Numbered from the stretch's first letter, positions 18,544-29,567 are shown. The stretch: DNA of 64,000 bases from Candidatus Woesearchaeota archaeon (GCA_018657385.1 JABHXF010000034.1:8081-72080), one strand, 5' to 3'. The notes: generated by a model from the letters alone, not told the origin. Made by a program: numbers and translations.

Positions 18544-19287
18544 TTATTTACTATTCTTAATTATTTCTGTAAATAATTGTGGATCTAAACTTGCACCACC
18601 AATTAAAAAACCATTGATATCTTTTTCTTTAATTAATTCTGCAGCATTATCAGACTTAACACTCCCACCATAAAGTAATTTTAGTTGCCTAATAGTTGTT
18701 TGAGAATACATGTCTGTTAAAAATTCACGAATAAAGGCATGTGCTTCTTGAGCTTGTTCAGGTGTTGCTGTTTTTCCAGTACCAATTGCCCAAACAGGTT
18801 CATAAGCAACCATAACATTTTTAATTTGGTTTTCAGAAACATTCTTCAAACAAGCTTTTAATTGTGTTTCTAAAACTGAATCTGTTTTTTTCTTTTTTCT
18901 TTCATCTTCTGTTTCACCAACACATAAAATAGGCTTTAATCCGTGGCTAAGAGCAGATAAAACTTTCTTATTAATAAGTTGATTTGGTTCTTTAAAGATA
19001 TGTCTCCTCTCAGAATGGCCAATTAATACAAATTCACAAAACTCTTTAGCCATTAATGGTGAGATTTCCCCAGTAAATGCGCCCTTATCTTCAAAATACA
19101 TATTTTGAGCACATAATTTAATTTTATCATCCTTAATTTTAGATATTTCACTTAATGTTGTAAAAGGTGGAGAGATAATAATTTCATCATCTCCAAATTC
19201 AGAGACATTATTATTTAAATCGTTGATAAAAGCAATAGCCTCTTCAACAGATTTATTCATTTTCCAATTAGCAAAAATTATGTTCAT
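18544..19287 (-). CDS. tpiA: triosephosphate isomerase, bacterial/eukaryotic-type (247 aa)
   Basis: FANWKMN near the N-terminus and VAYEPVWAIGTGKTAT. Archaeal-type TIMs are about 225 aa and carry INFKTY/INYKTY instead. Confidence 0.8.
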   Translation of the reverse strand: MNIIFANWKMNKSVEEAIAFINDLNNNVSEFGDDEIIISPPFTTLSEISKIKDDKIKLCAQNMYFEDKGAFTGEISPLMAKEFCEFVLIGHSERRHIFKEPNQLINKKVLSALSHGLKPILCVGETEDERKKKKTDSVLETQLKACLKNVSENQIKNVMVAYEPVWAIGTGKTATPEQAQEAHAFIREFLTDMYSQTTIRQLKLLYGGSVKSDNAAELIKEKDINGFLIGGASLDPQLFTEIIKNSK

Positions 19288-19344
19288 GTTATCACCAATG
19301 ATGTAAAAATCAAATTGATATAAAAAACTTATCTTATTTAACCA

Positions 19345-19512
19345 TATGTGGTAAGTTAGGTCTTGAGTTTGGGGTCATGAGTTATGAGTTGGTTGTGGGT
19401 AAGTCAGTTATGGGATTTGGTTATGAGTTAATTAGTTTTGAGAAAAATACAGCGATACTAATTACTTATTAACTGATAACCAACCCAAAACCCATAACTC
19501 ATTACTCAAGAC
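19345..19512. repeat. GT-rich/AC-rich imperfect palindromic element, copy 2
   Basis: The left arm GGTCTTGAGTTTGGGGTCATGAGTTATGAG... pairs with the right arm ...CTCATTACTCAAGACTTATC. The core ATTTGGTTATGAGTTAATTAGTTTTGAGAAAAAT is 34/35 identical to 37024-37058. Confidence 0.6.
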
Positions 19513-19610
19513 TTATCATATACATTTAATCAAAACGTTTATATATTAATAAAACATTCAAAATAGTATTAGTATGTTGTATATTATAATAAAATAGTTG
19601 GGGTGGAAAA

Positions 19611-20372
19611 ATGATATTTAGTGGTGGTATTGGAATTATTGTATTAGCAGTATTAATTCTATTATCTAGTTTGAAAGTAGTAAATGAATATGAACGTGGA
19701 GTTAAATTCACTTTAGGAAAGTATTCTGGAGTAATGTTGCCTGGATTAAGAATAGTTGTACCAATTCTTCAAACATGGCAAAAAGTTGATATGAGAGTAA
19801 AAGCAGTAGATGTTCCTGACCAAGAAAGTATTACTAAAGATAATATTACAGTTGGAATCAACGCTGTTATTTATTACAAAGTAAGAGACTCTGCAAAAGC
19901 AATTATTGAAGTCGAACATTATAATTATGCTATTTCTCAATTAGCACAAACAACAATGAGAAATGTTGTTGGAGAAGTTGAGTTAGATGAATTATTGAGT
20001 AAAAGAGACCAAATCAGTGATAAAATTAAGGAAATTGTAGACAAAGCAAGTGACCCATGGGGAATAGAAGTTGAAACAGTTGAATTAAAGGACATTACAT
20101 TGGCTCAAGACATGAAAAGAGTTATTGGAAAGCAAGCTGAAGCTGAAAGAGAAAAAAGAGCAGTTATTATTAAGGCAGAAGGTGAAGTAATTGCAGCTAA
20201 GAACATGGCAAAAGCAGCTGATATGTTGAACAAGTCAAATGGAGCGTTACATCTGAGAACATTACAAACATTAAATGATTTATCAAGTGATCAGAGTAAT
20301 ACTGTTGTATTTGCAACCCCTATTGAAGTCTTAAGAGCATTTGAAGGCTTTACAGGAAAAAAGAAAAAATAG
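19611..20372 (+). CDS. SPFH/band-7 (stomatin/prohibitin-like) membrane protein
   Basis: An N-terminal TM helix is followed by the SPFH core VKFTLGKYSGVMLPGLRIVVP...DNITVGINAVIYYKV and a coiled-coil tail with AEAEREKRA. Confidence 0.85.
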   Translation: MIFSGGIGIIVLAVLILLSSLKVVNEYERGVKFTLGKYSGVMLPGLRIVVPILQTWQKVDMRVKAVDVPDQESITKDNITVGINAVIYYKVRDSAKAIIEVEHYNYAISQLAQTTMRNVVGEVELDELLSKRDQISDKIKEIVDKASDPWGIEVETVELKDITLAQDMKRVIGKQAEAEREKRAVIIKAEGEVIAAKNMAKAADMLNKSNGALHLRTLQTLNDLSSDQSNTVVFATPIEVLRAFEGFTGKKKK

Positions 20373-20599
20373 TTTTTTTCTTTATTTTTCTTATTCTTTT
20401 TTACTAGGTCCGGAGGACAAGTCACTCATGAATTAGTTTTTCGGTCTTCGTAGTTTGTTATTAGTAACGAAAACCAAACAACGAAGAACTAATAACAATA
20501 ATTAGTGAACAAAACAATCCCCCAAAACCACCCACCCTTAAATAATAAAGGGAAAGAAAAACATAAACTTTATAATAATCTGAAATAAAAAACTAAAAT

Positions 20600-20959
20600 A
20601 TGGAACTAAAACAAGTAATTTTAGTAAGGGCAGATCTGAAGATGTCAAAAGGTAAGATTGCAGCACAATCAGCACATGCTAGTGTTGAATGTGTTATGAA
20701 GGCAATGAAATCTAAAACAAAGGAAAAGCTAGTTAAAGAATGGCGTAGTGAAGGTATGATGAAGATTGTAGTAAAAGTTAGTTCTGAGAAAGAGTTGTAC
20801 AAATACATGCAAGAAGCTAAAGACCAAGGAATGATTACATCTATAATAACAGATGCTGGACATACATTTGTTGCCCCTGGCACAGTTACATGTGGTTGTA
20901 TAGGTCCTGTTGAGATAGAAGAAGTTGATGAAATTACTGGTGAATTAAAGATTCTTTAA
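20600..20959 (+). CDS. pth2: peptidyl-tRNA hydrolase, archaeal Pth2 type
   Basis: KQVILVRADLKMSKGKIAAQSAHASV...ITDAGHTFVAPGTVTCGCIGP. Confidence 0.9.
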   Translation: MELKQVILVRADLKMSKGKIAAQSAHASVECVMKAMKSKTKEKLVKEWRSEGMMKIVVKVSSEKELYKYMQEAKDQGMITSIITDAGHTFVAPGTVTCGCIGPVEIEEVDEITGELKIL

Positions 20960-21176
20960 TTAGTTCTATTTTTTAATTCTAACAAATATTAAGATTTTAT
21001 ATACGCAAAATAACAATAAAAAAAATTATAAAAAATACTGTTTTCATCCCATAATGGTGATAAAACTTTATATAGTATAAACGATATTTTCTATAATTAC
21101 TTATATTATTAAGTGAAGGGGGAGTATGTATTATACTCTATAATTAAAAAAAAGCGGGAGCAAAGAGGTGAATTAA

Positions 21177-21842
21177 ATGGTAGTTGAACAATTAGGTGTT
21201 TCTATAATGGATGCGCTAATGAGTGTTTTACTTGGAATTCTACAAGTTATTCCAGGATTAATTGCAGCAGTTATTGTATTATTAGTAGGTTATATTATTG
21301 GCTGGATAGTATATAGGGTATTAGATAAGTTATTTGAGAAAATAAAATTAGATAACTATGTTATTAAAAAAACAGGCTTAAAAAATAAGGTAGGTGATTT
21401 AAGATTAGGTCACATTTTGGCAGTAATCTCTAAGTGGTATATTTTCATACTATTCCTAACACCAGCAGCAAGTTTAGTTAGATTAAATGCATTATCTAAT
21501 TTTTTACTTGAACTGAACTTTTGGATTCCTAGTCTGATTGCAGCATTACTAATTGTATTGTTCGGAATTCTAGCAGCAAGTTATGTAGGTCAAAAAGTAG
21601 AAGATGTTAAAATGAAAAGCTCAAAAGCAGTTGCACATGTTGCACAAGTTGTTATCATGGTATTCATCGTGTTATTAGCTCTTGATCAAATTGGCTTAAA
21701 ATTAAGTCTAGCACATAATACATTCTTGATTATCTTAGGAGGAATTATGTTAGCATTTTCATTAGCAGTAGGTATAGGATATGGCCTAGCAATGAAAGAA
21801 ACTGCAAAAGCAAGACTTGGTAAATGGAAAAAGATGCTTTAA
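21177..21842 (+). CDS. membrane protein with 'conserved TM helix' repeats
   Basis: Repeated amphipathic TM segments. A GAGGTG RBS is present. Confidence 0.4.
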   Translation: MVVEQLGVSIMDALMSVLLGILQVIPGLIAAVIVLLVGYIIGWIVYRVLDKLFEKIKLDNYVIKKTGLKNKVGDLRLGHILAVISKWYIFILFLTPAASLVRLNALSNFLLELNFWIPSLIAALLIVLFGILAASYVGQKVEDVKMKSSKAVAHVAQVVIMVFIVLLALDQIGLKLSLAHNTFLIILGGIMLAFSLAVGIGYGLAMKETAKARLGKWKKML

Positions 21843-21971
21843 TCTTTTTTCTTGTTTTTTTATTTTTCTTATTCTAAACATAATTTAAAATTAGTTTTAT
21901 TCAGAATATTAAGTTTACACTTATAACTTAAGTTAATAAAGTATATATATACTAACATTTATCTTATATAT

Positions 21972-22418
21972 ATGGCTGAAAAGAAGAAAGTTATGATAGT
22001 TGATGATGAGTTCACGATAAGAGAATTAGTAGCTTTAACATTAGAACCTGATTTTGAGATTATTAAAGCGGAATCAGGAGAAGAAGCATTAGAAAAAATT
22101 AAACATAACAATCCTGATTTAATCATATTAGATATAATGATGCCAAATATGAATGGATACCAAGTCTGCAAAATCTTAAGAGCAGATAAGAATACAAGTA
22201 ATACCCCTATAATCATGCTAACAGCAAAACATCAAGTAGAAGATGTTAAAAGAGCCATAGAAACAGGAGCAGATGAGTATATAACTAAACCATTTGAACC
22301 TGATTTATTAAGAAAAAGGATTAATGAATACTTTGGAGATAAGAAAATAGAGAGAAAATTATTTCAATATGGAAAAAGCATCCATTATATTAAAGGTAGA
22401 GAAGACAATATTTCTTAA
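21972..22418 (+). CDS. stand-alone response regulator receiver (CheY-like REC)
   Basis: KKVMIVDDEFTIREL...DLIILDIMMPNMNGYQV...LTAK...GADEYITKPF. Confidence 0.85.
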   Translation: MAEKKKVMIVDDEFTIRELVALTLEPDFEIIKAESGEEALEKIKHNNPDLIILDIMMPNMNGYQVCKILRADKNTSNTPIIMLTAKHQVEDVKRAIETGADEYITKPFEPDLLRKRINEYFGDKKIERKLFQYGKSIHYIKGREDNIS

Positions 22419-22452
22419 TCATTATATGTTTAAATGATTTTTGAGGATAAAT

Positions 22453-23754
22453 ATGACTGAATTAATGAGCCCATGTGCAAATTTTGAAACACTTAATGCA
22501 GCCATAAAGGCGGGATGCAATAGTGTTTATTTTGGCATTAAACAATTAAATATGAGAACTAGTAGAACTAAAAACTTTGAATTAAAAGATCTTCCTAAAA
22601 TCAAAAAAATATGTACAAATAGTAAAATCAGTTGTTATTTAACATTGAATTCTATTGTTTATGATAATGAATTAAAGAAAGTTGAAAAAATACTAAGAAA
22701 GATAAAAAAACATAAAATAGATGCTGTAATTGCAAGTGATTGGGCAATAATATTAATGGCCAATAAAATGAAAATACCAGTGCATATTTCTACACAACAA
22801 AGTTGTAGTAATATTGAATCATTAAAATTATTTTCCAAATATGCAGAAAGAATTGTTTTAGCTAGAGAATTATCATTAAAACAAATTAGAGAAATTAAAA
22901 AGAACATTATAAAAAATAAAATAAAAGGAAGTACAGGAAAATTAATGCAAATTGAATGTTTTTGTCATGGGGCAATGTGCATCTCCATCTCTGGAAGATG
23001 TTTCCTTAGTCAATTTGTTTATGGTAGTAAATTTAGTGCAAACAGAGGAAGATGTTTGCAAAACTGTAGACGTGAATACATAATTAAAGATACTGAAAAA
23101 AATAATAAGATTAAAGTTGGACAAGAAAATGATAAAGCATATGCAATAAGTCCAAAAGATTTATGCACAATTGAAATATTAGATAAATTAGTTGAAAAAC
23201 TTGATAAGATTAATAATTGTATTGATGTTCTAAAAATTGAGGGTAGAGGAAGAAGTGTTGATTATATTTATGTTGTTACAAAGGCCTATAGAAATGCATT
23301 AAATGTAATTGCAGAAACAAGTGGAAAGAAGAATAAAAGTAAAATTAAATTTGATGCGAAATTGAAGAAGAAATTGATTAATGACATGAAAAAAGTCTAT
23401 AATAGGGGCCTTAGTACTGGCTTTTATTTAGGCAAGCCATTAAATGAATGGAGTAAAGCCTATGGAAGCAAAGCAACTGAAAAAAAATATTTGCTTGGCA
23501 AAGTTATTAATTATTTCAAGAATGCAAAAGTTGTTGAGATTAATATAGAGAGTGGAGAAGTTGAATTAAAAATAGGAAACAAAATAGCATTTACAGGAGC
23601 AACAACTGGTTATTATGAAAGTATAGTAGAAGAAATAAGAGATAGTAAAACAAATAAAAAAGTTAATTCTGCTAAAAAAGGACACAAAGTTACTATAAAG
23701 ACTTCAGAAAGATTAAGAGATGGAGATAAAGTGTTTATTGTAAAGAAAAGATAA
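22453..23754 (+). CDS. peptidase U32 family protein
   Basis: ELMSPCANFETLNAAIKAGCNSVYFG..., which resembles the U32 N-terminal ELLAPAGN...AGADAVY. The start is more likely ATG 22453 (with a GAGGAT RBS) than the TTG at 22441 given in the ORF track. Confidence 0.65.
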   Translation: MTELMSPCANFETLNAAIKAGCNSVYFGIKQLNMRTSRTKNFELKDLPKIKKICTNSKISCYLTLNSIVYDNELKKVEKILRKIKKHKIDAVIASDWAIILMANKMKIPVHISTQQSCSNIESLKLFSKYAERIVLARELSLKQIREIKKNIIKNKIKGSTGKLMQIECFCHGAMCISISGRCFLSQFVYGSKFSANRGRCLQNCRREYIIKDTEKNNKIKVGQENDKAYAISPKDLCTIEILDKLVEKLDKINNCIDVLKIEGRGRSVDYIYVVTKAYRNALNVIAETSGKKNKSKIKFDAKLKKKLINDMKKVYNRGLSTGFYLGKPLNEWSKAYGSKATEKKYLLGKVINYFKNAKVVEINIESGEVELKIGNKIAFTGATTGYYESIVEEIRDSKTNKKVNSAKKGHKVTIKTSERLRDGDKVFIVKKR

Positions 23755-23789
23755 TATTTATATAAAAGCAAGAGTGACTTAAAGATAAT

Positions 23790-25541
23790 ATGACTGATAA
23801 AGACAAAAACAAGAATAAGAATCAAAACAAGGATGAAAAATCTAAAACATCCAAGAGAAGAGATAAATCTAAAGTTGAACATAATCATTGGGCTGACCAA
23901 ATTGCTTCAGAAGTTAAGAAAAAAGTTGATGAAAACCCACAATTAAAGAAAGTAGTTAAAGAAATTGGATATTATTTAGTATATGATGAAAAAACCCCTT
24001 CTGGTACTATCCATGTTGGAAGTGGTAGAGGATGGGTTATACATGATGCAATTGCAAAAGCAATGCGTAAAGCAGGAATGAAAGCTAAATTTATATTAAG
24101 CAACGATGATATAGATCCATATGATAAACCAAATAAAGAATTAGATGAATCATGGAATAAATATATTGGAATGCCCTTTCGTAACATTCCATCCCCCGTA
24201 GAAGGTTATGAAAATTTTGCTGAATACTATTTCATGATGTGTGTAGAGAAGTTTGAAGAGCTTGGTATAGAAGCAGAAGTTGAAAGTACAGGAGAACAAT
24301 ATGAAAAAGGTGTTTTTAATAAAGCAATTAAAAAAGTTCTTGATAATTATGAAAAAGTACAGCAAACATATATTGACATGTATGGAGACGATGTTGAAGC
24401 TGGGAAAAAGATACCATTTAATATTATATGTGAAAAATGTGGTAAAATTGCCACAACTTTAGCAGTGAAATGGGATACAAAAAAAGAATTACTAAATTAT
24501 GAATGTAAAAAAGGTGAAAGTGTAGTAACCTGGGCATCAGGCTGTGGACATAAAGGTCAAATTAGCCCATATAATGGTAATGGTAAATTCCCATGGAAAG
24601 TTGAATGGCCAGCTAAATGGATTAGTAAAGGAGTTATGTGTGAGTTTGCAGGAAAAGATCATTTTACCAAAGGTGGTTCAAGAAGTTTTGGTGTTAAATT
24701 AAGCAATGAATTATTTGATTTTATGCCACCATATCCTTCAAATAGATTTATGACAGGCAAAGGTTATGAATTTTTTCAAATTGGTGGGAAGAAAATGTCA
24801 ACTTCTAAAGGAAGAGGGGTTTCTTTTGTTGAGATGACTAAAATTTTGCCAGCTAACCTTATTAGATTTTTATTAATTAAACCAAGACCAAATTCAGTAA
24901 TTGATTTTGACCCATATGACGATAACAATATTACTTTCTTATATGATAGATATGATAAAGCTGAAAGGATTTATTTTGATGAAGAAAAAGCAGATGAAAA
25001 AGAAAAGAAAATACAATCAAGAATTTATGAATTAAGTCATGTTGGGGAAATACCTAAGAAAATGCCCATTCAAATCCCATTAAAATTTGCAGCGATTGTA
25101 ATTCAAATTGCAATGAATGATGAAGAAAAAGCAATTGAGATTTTGCAAAATATGAAGCATTTACCAAAAAAATTAGAAGGAATAGGTAGACATAATGTAT
25201 TAGAAAGACTTAATAATGCAAAAAGGTGGATTAATAAGTTTGCTAGTGATAATTATAAGTTTAAATTAAATGAGAAAATAAACCAAAAGGAACTTAAACT
25301 TGACCATAAAGTTAAAAAAGCATTACAATTAATTGTAAAGAGATTAGAAGAAAAAACTTGGCAAGATAAAGAATTACATGATGAATTTTATAATATATGC
25401 AAAGAATTAGAATTAGAAACAAAAGAATTCTTTAAAGGAACATATGTGTTATTGATAGGCAAAGAAAAAGGTCCATTACTAGCTAAATTCATATTAGCAG
25501 TTGGCTTAGATAAGTTTAGAGAATTAGTTGAACAGTTATAA
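23790..25541 (+). CDS. lysK: lysyl-tRNA synthetase, class I (archaeal type), with a K/N/D-rich N-terminal extension
   Basis: HIGH-like TIHVGSGRG and KMSKS-like KMSTSKG motifs. The overall length is that of class I LysRS. Confidence 0.85.
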   Translation: MTDKDKNKNKNQNKDEKSKTSKRRDKSKVEHNHWADQIASEVKKKVDENPQLKKVVKEIGYYLVYDEKTPSGTIHVGSGRGWVIHDAIAKAMRKAGMKAKFILSNDDIDPYDKPNKELDESWNKYIGMPFRNIPSPVEGYENFAEYYFMMCVEKFEELGIEAEVESTGEQYEKGVFNKAIKKVLDNYEKVQQTYIDMYGDDVEAGKKIPFNIICEKCGKIATTLAVKWDTKKELLNYECKKGESVVTWASGCGHKGQISPYNGNGKFPWKVEWPAKWISKGVMCEFAGKDHFTKGGSRSFGVKLSNELFDFMPPYPSNRFMTGKGYEFFQIGGKKMSTSKGRGVSFVEMTKILPANLIRFLLIKPRPNSVIDFDPYDDNNITFLYDRYDKAERIYFDEEKADEKEKKIQSRIYELSHVGEIPKKMPIQIPLKFAAIVIQIAMNDEEKAIEILQNMKHLPKKLEGIGRHNVLERLNNAKRWINKFASDNYKFKLNEKINQKELKLDHKVKKALQLIVKRLEEKTWQDKELHDEFYNICKELELETKEFFKGTYVLLIGKEKGPLLAKFILAVGLDKFRELVEQL

Positions 25542-25578
25542 TCTTTACTTGCATTTGATGATTATAATTTTAAATAAT

Positions 25579-27954
25579 TTAATCAAATTCAATCTTCTTT
25601 TTAATTGGTAATTCAAATATAAAACTACTTCCTTTGTTAATTTCACTTTCAACATATATTTTTCCTTTATGTGCGTCTACAATATGTTTTGATATTGGAA
25701 GTCCTAATCCAGTTCCACCATATTGTCTAGTCATTGATGCATCTACTTGATAAAACTTATCAAATAGTCTGGGAATAACTTCCTTAGGAACACCAATACC
25801 AGTATCTTTAACCGTTGTTTTAATAAAATTATCCATTAATTCAATAATAACATAAATATTGCCATCTTTTGGGGTAAACTTAATTGCATTGCCAATTAAA
25901 TTAAAAAATATTTGTTTAATTAAATCTTGACTTGCACTAATTTTAGGAATATCTTTTTTTACATCAAGATGTATTTTAATGTCTTTATCATCAGCTAAAG
26001 TCGCAAGTGTTTTTATAACATCCCCTGCCACTATAATAATATCCATCTTTTCTTTCTTAAATTTAACTTTTCCTTTTTCAAGCTTTGCAAGGTCCAAAAC
26101 ATCATTAATTAATCTGCTTAATCTATCAGATTCTTCGATAATAATATTTAAACATTGCATTTGATTTTCTGGAAGCATCCCTAGTTTACCACCTAATAAT
26201 AGCTTAGTATAACCCTTAATACTAGTTAATGGTGTTCTTAATTCATGGCTTACATTACTAACAAATTCAGATTTCAATCTATCCATTCTTTCTAACTCTC
26301 TATTTTTTTCTACTAATTCTTTTGTGGCCATAAAAACTTCATTTTTTAATGTCTCGTTAAATAAACTAATTTCATTATATAATTTAGAGTTTTCAATAGC
26401 AATTGCAATATGGTTAGTTAAAATCTCTAATGGTTGTTTAAATTTTTCAAAGTTATTAAATTTAACACTATCTAAATTTAACACACCAATTACTTTTCCG
26501 GCTTTCATTAAAGGAATTACTGCTTCAGAAACAGTAGCTCTATTAACTTCAATATATCTTTTATCTTTTCTAACATCTGGAACAATCAAGGGTTTACCTT
26601 GTTTCGCTACCCACCCAGATAAACCTTCATCAATTTTGATTCTAACATTCTCTGCTTTTTCTATGGGATAACCTTTAATTAATTTCATATCTAAATAATC
26701 CCCCTTAACTAATAATAAAAAACCAGAATCAGAATTAGTAAATTCCATTGTTCTATCCATAATAATATTCAATAAGTTATCTAAATCAAGTTGTGCATTA
26801 ATAGTTTGACTTATTTCTAATAGGTTTGATAAAACATGACGTTCTTTTTTTATACTTGTATAAAATTCACTATTTCTAATACTCATTGCTGCTTGATTTG
26901 CTAATGTTTTCAATAGATCTAATTCATCTTTGTTATATCTTCTTAGCTTCTTAGTATAAATATTAATAGTCCCTAAGGATTTATCTTTTACAATAAGAGG
27001 AATTGTTAATAAACTCATTAATTTTACAGATTTTGCAAAACTTGGTCTAGCATATAATGGTTCCTTTAAAACTTCTTGAATATAAACTGGTTGTCTTGTT
27101 TTAACTGCTAATCCTGCAACACTATCATCTACAGGAATTGGACCATGATTAAAATATTCTTCTGATGAACTATAAGTTGATTTAGGAATTAAAAATTGAT
27201 TAGATTTATCAAGTAATGTAATAGTACAAGAATCAGAGTTAAGTAATTGAATAATTTTTACAATAATTAAACTTAAAATTTCATCTAAATCTAATGTTTT
27301 AGTAAGAGAAGAAGATATGTCATACATTGCTGTTAATTTCTTTAATCTTATACGATCCTCTCTATGAAGAACAGTATTATCAATTGCAAATGCAACTTGA
27401 TTTGCAAAAGGAAACAGATTATAAAGATCTTCTTTGATTAAAGGATTTTCTGAATATTTATTATCAATACTAATCATACCAATTACCCTTGTACCACTTA
27501 ATAATGGAAGGCTTGCAGATTCATTTACATCTTCTTTTTTAAGAATTTTAACAAATTTTGAAAATTGTGATGTTTTTAATATAATTGGCTCCTTTTTTGT
27601 AAAGCAATGGTATACTTTTTTGTGTACTTGAGAAATATCTAATTTAATATTTTTCATTGATATATCAGGCATGTGAGAAGATTTTGCCCCCATTAATAAT
27701 TTTTTTTGTTTGTCAAAAAGGTAAATTCTAACACGATCATAACCCCATAATTTAAATGCCTTAATTGTAAGCTCTAATATTTCATTAACATCCTCAGTGC
27801 ACTGGATAGAATTACTTATATCATGTAAACTTCTTAAGAACTGATTTTGGATTTTTAATTTTTTCTCAAAAGATAATTCTTCAGTTTCTTCTATTTTTCC
27901 TGATTTTTCTATCTCTTCTGTTTCTTCTTTTGTTTTCTTAACCATGTTTATCAC
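25579..27954 (-). CDS. sensor histidine kinase with multiple GAF domains plus HisKA and HATPase_c
   Basis: H-box VSHELRTPLTSIKGY, N-box FFNLIGNAIKFT, and G-boxes DTGIGVP and GGTGLGL. The N-terminus has about 450 aa of GAF-like repeats. Confidence 0.85.
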   Translation of the reverse strand: MINMVKKTKEETEEIEKSGKIEETEELSFEKKLKIQNQFLRSLHDISNSIQCTEDVNEILELTIKAFKLWGYDRVRIYLFDKQKKLLMGAKSSHMPDISMKNIKLDISQVHKKVYHCFTKKEPIILKTSQFSKFVKILKKEDVNESASLPLLSGTRVIGMISIDNKYSENPLIKEDLYNLFPFANQVAFAIDNTVLHREDRIRLKKLTAMYDISSSLTKTLDLDEILSLIIVKIIQLLNSDSCTITLLDKSNQFLIPKSTYSSSEEYFNHGPIPVDDSVAGLAVKTRQPVYIQEVLKEPLYARPSFAKSVKLMSLLTIPLIVKDKSLGTINIYTKKLRRYNKDELDLLKTLANQAAMSIRNSEFYTSIKKERHVLSNLLEISQTINAQLDLDNLLNIIMDRTMEFTNSDSGFLLLVKGDYLDMKLIKGYPIEKAENVRIKIDEGLSGWVAKQGKPLIVPDVRKDKRYIEVNRATVSEAVIPLMKAGKVIGVLNLDSVKFNNFEKFKQPLEILTNHIAIAIENSKLYNEISLFNETLKNEVFMATKELVEKNRELERMDRLKSEFVSNVSHELRTPLTSIKGYTKLLLGGKLGMLPENQMQCLNIIIEESDRLSRLINDVLDLAKLEKGKVKFKKEKMDIIIVAGDVIKTLATLADDKDIKIHLDVKKDIPKISASQDLIKQIFFNLIGNAIKFTPKDGNIYVIIELMDNFIKTTVKDTGIGVPKEVIPRLFDKFYQVDASMTRQYGGTGLGLPISKHIVDAHKGKIYVESEINKGSSFIFELPIKKKIEFD

Positions 27955-27995
27955 TTCATAACTATTTTCAGATTATTGTGTTTAGACTATTATGT

Positions 27996-29567
27996 TCAAA
28001 CAGGTAATGTAAAACTGATTGTTGTACCCTGATTTAACTTACTTTTTATGGAAATTTTCCCACCAAATGCCTCTAGTATTTTTTTTACAATTGGTAATCC
28101 TAACCCTGAACCACCTTTAGTTCTAACCATATGTTCTTCTGCTTGATAAAATTTATCAAAAACAGTATCAAGATCTTGTTTTTTAATACCTTTACCATTA
28201 TCCAAAATAGTAATTTCAATAAATTTCTCCTTTTTTTTAGTAGAATTAATAATTTTCTTTGCAGAGATTGTAATCATATCACCATTACCAATAAATTTAA
28301 TACTATTATCAATGATATGATTCAATACTTGTATTAATTTTTGCTTGTCTACTACAATAAGTGGAATGTTTTTAGGAATATTGATTTTAATCTTAATTCT
28401 TTGTTTTTTTGCTAATTCAATTGTATTACATTCAGTTAAACATTGTTTTAAGGAAACACTAGTTTTGTTTAATTTCATATCGTCAGATTCTAATTTGGAT
28501 ATATCTAACATGTTATCAATTAGTTCAACCAGTACATCTGATTGGTCAATAATAATTTTTAATGCCTTAGATTGCCTATAATTAATGTCTCCAAACTTTC
28601 CTGAATTTAATAAAGAAGTATATCCTTTGATATTTGTTAAAGGTGTTCTTAATTCATGACTAACAGTACTTAAAAATTCAGTTTTCATATTTTCAGTTCT
28701 TCTTTGCTTTGTTATATCCCTAATTATACAAACTGCCCCAGAAAAAACAAGATTGTTATTATTGTTATTCTTACTAGTACTAGTTGTAGTAGTGATAGTA
28801 GTTCTTGTACTATTATTATCTAAAACAGGAGAAACTATTGCAGTTATAATCTTGTTAAGAGGTTTTATTTCAAATTCCAGGCAATCATCTCTAAAATTAC
28901 ATTTTTTACTTGAGTTTTTTTTATTTTTTTCTAAGTTTATATTATTTATATTTGTGGTCAAAGTATCTGGATCAATATATAGATTATTCAAACCATATTT
29001 TTTTAATTGTAAAATATGTTTACCAATAGCTTTTGAAGCATTAATGTCAAATATATCCTCAGCTGATTTATTAAAAACAATTATTTTATTAGCACTATCT
29101 GTTACAATAACCCCATCACCCATTGATTCTATAATTAATTCTTTCTTTATTCTTTCTTTTGAAGCTATACCTTTAACTTTTTTACCATATCGTTTTTCTG
29201 CTTTTAATTTTGAAACCATTTTATTAAATGATTCTACTAATCTCCCAAATTCATCATTGCTTTGCTTATCTATTTTCTGACTAAGATCACCTTCAGTTAC
29301 TAGTTGTGTTCCAATAATTACCTTATCTAAAGGTTTAATTAACATATGAACAATAAACAATGAAATAAAAATAAGTAAAACAAAAGTTGCAATACCAATA
29401 GAGTAAAAGTTTTGAATAAACCCATCATATTTTAATGGAGTATTAATAACAACATTCCCTGTAACATCTACTATTGGTCTAGTTCCTAAAAATAAACCAA
29501 CAAGAATTATAGATGAAACTAATAAAAACATAACTAACAACATTATTTTATTCTTTACTGATACCAT
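27996..29567 (-). CDS. membrane sensor histidine kinase (2 TM, HAMP, PAS, HisKA, HATPase_c) with a T/N low-complexity insert
   Basis: VSHELRTPLTNIKGY, DNGKGI and GGSGLGL. TTITTTTSTSKNNNNNN lies in a linker. Confidence 0.85.
   Translation of the reverse strand: MVSVKNKIMLLVMFLLVSSIILVGLFLGTRPIVDVTGNVVINTPLKYDGFIQNFYSIGIATFVLLIFISLFIVHMLIKPLDKVIIGTQLVTEGDLSQKIDKQSNDEFGRLVESFNKMVSKLKAEKRYGKKVKGIASKERIKKELIIESMGDGVIVTDSANKIIVFNKSAEDIFDINASKAIGKHILQLKKYGLNNLYIDPDTLTTNINNINLEKNKKNSSKKCNFRDDCLEFEIKPLNKIITAIVSPVLDNNSTRTTITTTTSTSKNNNNNNLVFSGAVCIIRDITKQRRTENMKTEFLSTVSHELRTPLTNIKGYTSLLNSGKFGDINYRQSKALKIIIDQSDVLVELIDNMLDISKLESDDMKLNKTSVSLKQCLTECNTIELAKKQRIKIKINIPKNIPLIVVDKQKLIQVLNHIIDNSIKFIGNGDMITISAKKIINSTKKKEKFIEITILDNGKGIKKQDLDTVFDKFYQAEEHMVRTKGGSGLGLPIVKKILEAFGGKISIKSKLNQGTTISFTLPV

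Noticed and set aside
22441-22452. TTG start for the U32 peptidase gene as given in the ORF track
   Set aside because: An in-frame ATG at 22453 with a GAGGAT Shine-Dalgarno site 6-8 nt upstream is the more plausible initiation site.
22659-29280. Numerous 60-175-aa ORFs antisense or out-of-frame within the U32, LysRS, histidine kinase and other large genes (for example 22659..22907, 23613..23900, 24150..24365, 25979..26164, 26324..26671, 28131..28581, 28753..29280)
   Set aside because: They are AT-rich low-complexity translations lying inside well-supported long CDSs on the other strand or frame.
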